Positions 55,576 through 64,000 of a DNA stretch of 64,000 nt are shown here, one piece after another; within the stretch, counting starts at the first letter, position 1; every line of letters starts with the position of its first letter. The position numbers were made by a program, and so were the translations under genes. The DNA is from the human T2T-CHM13v2.0 reference genome, Homo sapiens. Below the pieces are notes generated by a model. It was not told where the DNA came from. It saw only the letters and a program-made list of their open reading frames with translations, and ran no database searches. The stretch lies in the NCBI RefSeq assembly GCF_009914755.1, contig NC_060929.1. One strand, 5' to 3'.

Positions 55576-57889
55576 CGGGGGCTGCCACTTGATGTGGGTG
55601 TCAGGACAGTGTGTGGTGAGGAGGCATGGAGGAAGCGTGGCCCCCCAGAGGCTTCCAGGCTGGGCAGCCACTGCAAAGGCCCTGAGGCAGGAGTAGGCCT
55701 GGAGGACGGGACGGTAGCAGGCAGGGGCTGCGAGAGACACAGCGGAGGAAGAAGAATGGCGGCCCCCACCCATCTCCCTCTGCCAGAAGGAGCCACGGGC
55801 ACAGCCTACAGATGTGCACTGGTCTCTGTGCTGTGGGAGGCCAGACCTGGTGTCTGTGAGGAGCACCACAGCTGCAGACCTGCCGGATGACCCTCGGGTG
55901 ACACTTTGGGGTGGAAGACCCCACCCACCCTGCAAGCCATGTTCCTCGGGCTCCGAGCCCCATCCTCACATCTGTGGAGCAGGTGGGACCACTAGCAGGG
56001 GCTTCTGGCCCTTCCTCTCCTCCCATTGATTTGTTGAAAGCGATTTAGGTTTTCTGTAAAACAAAGCGGACATGGGCCTGGGGAAGGTGCTTGCGGGTAT
56101 TTCATGAGCTTTTCTAGGCCTGAGACATGTTTTAGGTGGCAGCGGGCTCACGTGTGTTGGGGGGAGAGACTGGTCACAGTCAGGGCGACTCAGGGGCTTG
56201 TGCTCAGATGGTGACGCCCAGCCCCCTTGTCCCCAGGGTGACAGGGAGAGGTGGCAAGAACTGGCAGCTGCCCACAGGCTGAGCCGAGCCCAGCAGAAAG
56301 GCCCAAGGCCGGAGCACAGAGGTGGCCTGGATGCTTCTGGCCGGTGGTCAGGACCCTGCCAGGCCTTGCTTGGAGGCATCTTGTGTATGAGGGGAGCCCT
56401 GCCCATGCCAACCACCTAGCTGTGCCCAGGGGAAGCCGCCCCAGAGGCCCATTCTCCGGGTCTGTTTGCCTGTCGTGGGGAGAGAGTGTCACAAGCTGGG
56501 CCCACAGGGAGGAACATCCTTGGCCTCCGAAAGGGCAGAGAGCACCATCCCTGCTTTGGGGCATCTAGGGGAGCAGCAGGTGGGGACGTCACGCCTCTGT
56601 CCACAGCCCAGTCTGGGAGACTCAGAGCCCTGTTGGTGAGTCCTGGGTCAAAGGGCATAGCGACCAGGCCAGAGCGTCACCTTCCCGCTATCCCTGTGGC
56701 GGGGCTGTGATTGCCTCTAGCTCTAGTGACCGGGGCAGTGGTCCTGGCTGCCTGCACCTCCCCTGCCAATTATACCCACTATAGGCACCCCTGTGCCAGC
56801 TGCTCCTCTTTTGCGGTTGGAGTGACCCCAAGACGTGCTGTAAGGGTGTCTTTGTGTGCGGCTCAGAGCTCATCCCGAGAACCCTGCAGCCTCCAGGCCT
56901 TGGATCCGGTGCCCTTCCTGAGACGAGATTGTGTGTCCCGTAACAAAGATGCGCGTGGTCTTCTCTGAACAATTTTTACCTCTCACGCGGGGGTTCTCAC
57001 CGCTCTCCCCTGAGAGTGGGCTGTGGCTTGTGTGGACGGCAGCCGCCAGGCATAGCCCCTGCCCCCTAGAGCCCTCTGCAGCCTCGGCCAATAGCAAAGC
57101 CGCAGGTGGCCACTGGGCCCTCCTTTCATCTCGTGGAGCCCCTCGCCAGCCACAGCAGGGCCCTCGTGGAGGTTCTGAGATTGTTGCGTGCAGGGCATGC
57201 GACGGGGGTGCTTTAGAGAAAGAAAAGGCCTTGATTACTTGTTTGAGTAGCTCAGTCCCCAGGGTCTGGAGCTGTAATCAAATGTAAGCCCCTCAACCAG
57301 CATTTTCCGCTGTTTCTCTCTGGTAAGGACATCGACGTTGCATGTTCACATATGGTGTCTTCCAAATTAGAAAAAAGAAAACCCTGAAACGCGGCAGGGT
57401 TCTTTCCAGCTTTGGAATTAATCTTCCTTTGAAATAGGAAACATGAGGCTTTAATATGAATGAAAGAAAACAAAAACGTCCGGTGGGTTTTTCCCGGGGA
57501 AGAATTCAGATAGAAGAGAAGTGGATTCGGGTCTGCTTTCAATCCCAGTGGAATTCAGCCTCCTCTGAGTGGGGCGGTTGAGGGTGCAGCAGTTCGGAAG
57601 TTCAGGGCCCGAGTCGTGGTTTTATTTTGTGTGTTCTGCGCTCTGGATGGTAAGCTGAGGGTGGCAGCTGAATTTGGAAGGTTTTCCTTTTTCTGTGACA
57701 TTGGGGATCGTTAGCTCTGAAGACAAAGACAGTAGCAGGCGTGACTGGGAGAAGAAAATTAGACCTGCAGATGAGTTGTGAAATGGTTGTCTAACATTCA
57801 GTGTCAGCACTTCAGGATGCTGAGAGTTGAAGGCAGGGAATAAAGTTTCGGCAGAGTTTATGATCACGCCTCTATTATCTGGGCAGGGG

Positions 57890-57990
57890 CGCACACACGT
57901 ATATGTAGGTGTATGTATGATGTGTTCACATATGTGAGTACACACGTGTATACATACATGTATAGAGGTTACACACACATGTACGTAGGT
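57890..57990. repeat. Low-complexity purine-pyrimidine alternating (CA/TA/TG) tract
   Basis: cacacacgtatatgtaggtgtatgtatg... Confidence 0.7.
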
Positions 57991-58909
57991 CTGTATTTAA
58001 TACCTGAGCTGAAGACATTTCATTTCAAGACACCTGCTCTCCACCCCCACCCCCTGGTCACCCTGCTCAGCCTCAGCCACACCTAGCTGACGATGGAGAC
58101 TCTGGGAGGGCTGTGGGTTCCCATTCCTGAGCCAAGGTGTGGGCCCAGTGGCGCTCACAGCTTCCCCCTCCCATCCGCGTCGGTTAATGCGGGTAAAGTG
58201 CTCCCTGAGTCCCTCTCTCCAAGCGTGGGGAGAGGGAAGCTCGGCTGCCTGGTCAAAAAGCCAGGTCTTGCTGACCACGTGTTGCTTGTCTTTTTTTTTT
58301 TTTTTTTTTTTCTGCATGTGTTTTACGTTGGGGTTTATTTCATGGGCAGGGCAGCCCTGGGCCTGTCCCTGTAACTCATCTCTTCACTTCCACTTGTAAG
58401 GATGCCCCGTGGGTTGGGCTGGGTGCCCCTTTACCCCTTGGTGTGGTCAGTCGTCCCCTTAGGCTGAGCGTCCACCCTCGTGGCAGGGGTGGGCACTGCA
58501 GAGACCCTCCCTGGGCTTAGGGCGTTTACTGGGTGAGGGGGCGGATGCCAACACAAAAGCCCTGTAGTGAGGGAGTGAGGGGCGTGGGTAGTGTGGCACC
58601 TCCACGTTTTCCCATTTAAACAATCCAGATGATGAAAAGCTGCTGTGAGGCAGGATGAAGAGGGAGACAGAAACATTTCTATTTTCTGGTCTTATAGGAA
58701 GTTAAGTCGCAGCAGAACTCTGGCTTGTGAGGACATCTGAGTATTTTAGGAGACCTTTTGACCCCAAAGTTACTGCTTTTCTAGGTATAAATTTCACATG
58801 TGGTTATTAAAAGATCTCTCAAACCCAGAAGAACCGATGGGCAAAATCTGCAAATGCCTCTCAGATATGGAGGCTCCGTCTGAATGTATCTAGGGCTTAT
58901 GTGGGAAGC

Positions 58910-59060
58910 CCGGCTCCCCTGCCCGGTCCCCCCGGCCCCCCACCTCCCAGCCCCTTTGCTCCTCCCGCTGACCCGGCCCCCCGCCCCTCCACCCACCCAC
59001 CCACCCACCCACCCATCCCAACCCCTGCCCCCGACCCAGCCCCCCCCAGCCCCTCCCCAC
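58910..59060. repeat. C-rich tract (G4 potential on the minus strand, i-motif on the plus strand)
   Basis: Many C3-C8 runs including (CCCA)n. Confidence 0.8.
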
Positions 59061-59770
59061 AGGGCCTCAGTCTCATAGTACTTAAATCTTTCACTTTAGA
59101 ACCAGAAGTTCAGAATAGCAAGCACAGCCTGGAAGGAACTGGCGCACAGTGTTGCTGTAGCCTTTCTGGGCCCCAGCTGCACATGTGTCGGAATTATTAA
59201 GCCCATAAAACTACATTGTCACATCTGAAACTGTTTAGCCATTGAAACCGAGACTTTGACTTCAAAGCCGGCTGCGGGGTTTCCAGACAGGCGCACTGGC
59301 GGATCACCTTGAAGTCAAATTCCATCCTATGGCGGCCGGCAGAAGTGGGCCCCCGGCACCTCCTTGTAAGAAAACACTCTCTTCCGCAGACGCCGGTGGC
59401 AGGTTCCCCCCTCCCATGGTGACATTTTGGAGAGGCTTCTTTGCATCTGAGCTCCCAGCAGGGATAAGGCGGATGGGGTGGTGGTCTTTGCATTTAAAGA
59501 GCCTTGGAAACCACTGCTCCCCACCAGGCCCCAGGCCCTCTGCCTGCTGCTCCGGGCCCCTCCCCCAGGGCCGCCTGCAGCCTGCTGCGACCAACCCCTG
59601 GCCTCCTTCCCTGTTTCCTGCTGGCCTCATTTTCCACCTTGTCTCATAAGGTGCCCTCCCACCCTCCCCCTACCGCCAGTCGAAACGGGGTCCTTGCTGT
59701 CCTTCAGCCCCAGAGCCTGCACCCTTGACCTTGCTGGCCCCTGTCCACCAGTAGCCAGTGGCGCTGTCCC

Positions 59771-62700
59771 TGTCCCTGCTGTTCCCACCTGCTGTGGGTG
59801 TCCCAACCCATTGTCCCTGCTCTTCCCACCCACTGTGGGTGTCCCAGCCCTTTGTCCCTGCTCTTCCCACCCGCTGTGGGCGTCTCAGCCCATTGTCCCT
59901 GCTCTTCCCACCCGCTGTGGGTGTCCCAGCCCTTTGTCCCTGCTCTTCCCACCCTCTGTGGGTGTCCCAGCCCGTTGTCCCTGCTCTTCCCACCCGCTGT
60001 GGGCGTCTCAGCCCATTGTCCCTGCTCTTCCCACCCGCTAGTGGGCGTCTCAGCCCATTGTCCCTGCTCTTCCCACCCGCTGTGGGCGTCTCAGCCCATT
60101 GTCCCTGCTCTTCCCACCCGCTGTGGGTGCCCCAGCCCTTTGTCCCTGCTCTTCCCACCCTCTGTGGGTGTCCCAGCCCATTGTCCCTGCTCTTCCCACC
60201 CGCTGTGGGCGTCCCAGCCCATTGTCCCTGCTCTTCCCACCCGCTGTGGGCGTCCCAGCCCTTTGTCCCTGCTCTTCCCACCCGCTGTGGGTGCCCCAGC
60301 CCTTTGTCCCTGCTCTTCCCACCCGCTGTGGGCGTCTCAGCCCATTGTCCCTGCTCTTCCCACCCGCTGTGGGCGTCTCAGCCCATTGTCCCTGCTCTTC
60401 CCACCCGCTAGTGGGCGTCTCAGCCCATTGTCCCTGCTCTTCCCACCCGCTGTGGGTGCCCCAGCCCTTTGTCCCTGCTCTTCCCACCCGCTAGTGGGCG
60501 TCCCAGCCCATTGTCCCTGCTCTTCCCACCCGCTAGTGGGCGTCTCAGCCCATTGTCCCTGCTCTTCCCACCCGCTAGTGGGCGTCTCAGCCCATTGTCC
60601 CTGCTCTTCCCACCCGCTAGTGGGCGTCCCAGCCCATTGTCCCTGCTCTTCCCACCCGCTAGTGGGCGTCCCAGCCCATTGTCCCTGCTCTTCCCACCCG
60701 CTAGTGGGCGTCCCAGCCCTTTGTCCCTGCTCTTCCCACCCGCTAGTGGGCGTCTCAGCCCTTTGTCACTGCTCTTCCCACCCGCTGTGGGCGTCTCAGC
60801 CCATTGTCCCTGCTCTTCCCACCCTCTGTGGGTGCCCCAGCCCTTTGTCCCTGCTCTTCCCACCCGCTAGTGGGCGTCCCAGCCCGTTGTCCCTGCTCTT
60901 CCCACCCGCTGTGGGCGTCTCAGCCCATTGTCCCTGCTCTTCCCACCCGCTAGTGGGCGTCCCAGCCCGTTGTCCCTGCTCTTCCCACCCGCTGTGGGCG
61001 TCTCAGCCCATTGTCCCTGCTCTTCCCACCCGCTGTGGGCGTCCCAGCCCATTGTCCCTGCTCTTCCCACCCGCTGTGGGCGTCCCAGCCCGTTGTCCCT
61101 GCTCTTCCCACCCGCTGTGGGTGTCCCAGCCCGTTGTCCCTGCTCTTCCCGCCCGCTGTGGGCGTCCCAGCCCGTTGTCCCTGCTCTTCCCACCCGCTGT
61201 GGGTGTCCCAGCCCGTTGTCCCTGCTCTTCCCACCCGCTGTGGGTGTCCCAGCCCATTGTGCCTGCTCTTCCCACCCGCTGTGGGTGTCCCAGCCCGTTG
61301 TCCCTGCTCTTCCCACCCGCTGTGGGCGTCCCAGCCCGTTGTCCCTGCTCTTCCCACCCGCTGTGGGTGTCCCAGCCCATTGTCCCTGCTCTTCCCACCC
61401 GCTGTGGGCGTCCCAGCCCTTTGTCCCTGCTCTTCCCACCCTCTGTGGGTGTCCCAGCCCGTTGTCCCTGCTCTTCCCACCCGCTAGTGGGCGTCTCAGC
61501 CCATTGTCCCTGCTCTTCCCACCCGCTGTGGGTGTCCCAGCCCATTGTCCCTGCTCTTCCCACCTGCTGTGGGTGCCCCAGCCCATTGTCCCTGCTCTTC
61601 CCACCCGCTGTGGGCGTCTCAGCCCATTGTCCCTGCTCTTCCCACCCTCTGTGGGTGTCCCAGCCCGTTGTCCCTGCTCTTCCCACCCGCTAGTGGGCGT
61701 CTCAGCCCATTGTCCCTGCTCTTCCCACCCTCTGTGGGCGTCCCAGCCCGTTGTCCCTGCTCTTCCCACCCGCTAGTGGGCGTCTCAGCCCGTTGTCCCT
61801 GCTCTTCCCACCCGCTGTGGGCGTCTCAGCCCGTTGTCCCTGCTCTTCCCACCCGCTGTGGGCGTCTCAGCCCGTTGTCCCTGCTCTTCCCACCCGCTAG
61901 TGGGCGTCTCAGCCCATTGTCCCTGCTCTTCCCACCCTCTGTGGGCGTCCCAGCCCGTTGTCCCTGCTCTTCCCACCCGCTAGTGGGCGTCTCAGCCCGT
62001 TGTCCCTGCTCTTCCCACCCGCTGTGGGCGTCTCAGCCCGTTGTCCCTGCTCTTCCCACCCGCTGTGGGCGTCTCAGCCCGTTGTCCCTGCTCTTCCCAC
62101 CCTCTGTGGGCGTCCCAGCCCGTTGTCCCTGCTCTTCCCACCCGCTAGTGGGCGTCTCAGCCCGTTGTCCCTGCTCTTCCCACCCGCTGTGGGCGTCCCA
62201 GCCCATTGTCCCTGCTCTTCCCACCCGCTAGTGGGCGTCTCAGCCCGTTGTTCCTGCTCTTCCCACCCGCTAGTGGGCGTCTCAGCCCGTTGTCCCTGCT
62301 CTTCCCACCCGCTAGTGGGCGTCTCAGCCCATTGTTCCTGCTCTTCCCACCCGCTGTGGGCGTCTCAGCCCATTGTCCCTGCTCTTCCCACCCGCTGTGG
62401 GTGTCCCAGCCCATTGTCCCTGCTCTTCCCACCCTCTGTGGGCGTCCCAGCCCGTTGTCCCTGCTCTTCCCACCCGCTGTGGGCGTCTCAGCCCATTGTC
62501 CCTGCTCTTCCCACCCGCTGTGGGCGTCTCAGCCCATTGTTCCTGCTCTTCCCACCCGCTAGTGGGCGTCTCAGCCCGTTGTTCCTGCTCTTCCCACCCG
62601 CTGTGGGCGTCTCAGCCCGTTGTCCCTGCTCTTCCCACCCGCTGTGGGTGTCCCAGCCCGTTGTCCCTGCTCTTCCCACCCTCTGTGGGCGTCCCAGCCC

Positions 62701-62785
62701 GTTGTCCCTGCTCTTCCCACCCGCTGTGGGCGTCTCAGCCCATTGTCCCTGCTCTTCCCACCCGCTGTGGGTGTCCCAGCCCTTT
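59771..62785. repeat. 41/42-bp VNTR, ~73 copies, in NKD2 intron 3
   Basis: Unit tgtccctgctcttcccacccgct(a)gtgggcgtctcagcccat; tgtccctgct at 59771 and 59812. Confidence 0.99.
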
Positions 62786-64000
62786 GGGTTCCTTGGGATC
62801 CAGACATCACCCTCAGCCTTTTCCTGAGAGGCCCAGCTCCAGCCCGTGTGCCATATCCCAAAGCTCCCCTCCCTGAGCCACCTGCCAGGCACTCACTTCA
62901 TTCTACCACGTCCAGCATCCTCCCAGCCCCCGAGGCAGGAGGTCACTGCTGGCCTGGACGTGGCCTTGGTCCTGCCCAGCCGCATCCCAGGTGCCTCCCG
63001 AGTGCCCTGAGGTGGCGGTGGCTGCAGCCTAAGCTTGGCAGGCGCCTACCTTGCTCCTCACCACTTGGCATCCTGCCTGAGCCCCACAAACTGGCCCTCG
63101 ATGCCACGACAGCCCCGTAATTCTGGCAGCCTTGGGCCTGGCAGCCCAGTTTGTAGGATTAGCCCTGCAGAACAGGGTGGCCACAGGGGTGGTGACAATG
63201 ACCACAGGACATGGGCCAGGCTGTCACCCCGGCCCTTCTTTCCAGCTCCTGGGGGCCCCCTGGGCACAGCTCGAGAGCCACTGCTTGACCTGCCAAGGAC
63301 AGGGAGGTGCACCAAGGCCATTTCCCCAGTGGCAGAAACTTCGAGCCAGGGGCTCCACCCAACAGGGCCGTCCCCACCACAGTGCAAGGTGGCCAAGGCG
63401 CTGGGGAGCCAGAGTGCAGCCTGGGAGGTGCCTATGGATCTAGGGGTGCCAGGTGCTGCTGGTGGCGATGAAAGCTGTAGGAGAGGCCCGTCCTGTGTCG
63501 GGCGGTGTAGGAGCTGCGCCTTCTGGATAACGTCCCAGACTTGGGGTTCCACACCCACTCCAGAGGGACCCGGGAGCCCCGAGGTCTGGAAAATGCTGCC
63601 CGACACGCCCACCCAGTTCTCTGAAGCCTTCCTCTCTGTCTCTCTCCTCCCTCCCCGCTCCCTCTCCTCTGCCTCGGCTCCCATCACCTCCACCCTCCCA
63701 ACTCGTGGGGAGACGTTGGGCTCCAGGGGATGCTCCCAGCCTGGCCTCCTGGACACACTGTGGCCTTTGCCTGTTGATCGGGGTTGGTATTTCTAGAACC
63801 CTAGACCAGGGTTTAGGTCATGTCCCAGAGGGCCGTGACTTCACTGTGGACACCCGTGTGTTTCCCACCGGGCGTTCCACCAGAGCTGTGGCCAACAGCT
63901 GCCCTCACGAGGCCCAGGAGGGGACAGCGCCTCCTTGCATTTGCGAGACCTGGGAAAGGTGCCTGGCCGTGCCCACCTGTCCACTGGGAAGAGGACATCG

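Larger units (their letters stand above)
47182..64000 (+). other. NKD2: NKD2 intron 3 (partial; exon 4 lies beyond the window)
   Basis: I find no sequence encoding the next NKD2 residues (ELPNGDPKEG...) in the window. Confidence 0.85.

Noticed and set aside
59771-62785. CRISPR-like regular repeat array (also considered for 12704-13790 and 54420-54742)
   Set aside because: Head-to-tail units with no unique spacers, no cas genes, and a eukaryotic context
59670-62892. Very long ORFs (up to 631 aa) on both strands
   Set aside because: They are translations of the 41/42-bp VNTR, with stops only where the +A variant falls in frame; no coding signature

Overview
Primate (almost certainly human) genomic DNA from the GC-rich subtelomeric band 5p15.33. 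The only protein-coding gene I can support is the 5' end of NKD2 (naked cuticle homolog 2, a Wnt feedback antagonist) on the + strand. Its three small coding exons (46679-46703, 46800-46835, 47102-47181) splice to MGKLQSKHAAAARKRRESPEGDSFVASAYASGRKGAEEAERRARDKQ inside a CpG island, and intron 3 runs past the end of the window. The ~46 kb upstream is intergenic: nested L1 elements, about ten Alus, three ERV LTRs (MER9, an LTR14-like fragment, MER39-like), a MER45A-like DNA transposon, several minisatellites and a second CpG island at ~41.5-43.4 kb. Nearly all ORFs in the supplied track are artefacts of GC-rich, repeat or Alu sequence. I see no evidence for a new biological system. The best leads are a 122-bp, 94%-identical inverted repeat between the two CpG islands, a ~3-kb 41/42-bp intronic VNTR with one G-quadruplex motif per unit and a CTCF-like variant unit, a uORF and frame-preserving splicing options around the NKD2 myristoylation signal, and several mechanistically informative retroelement scars. 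Repeat subfamily names come from my recall of consensus sequences and need RepeatMasker/Dfam confirmation.
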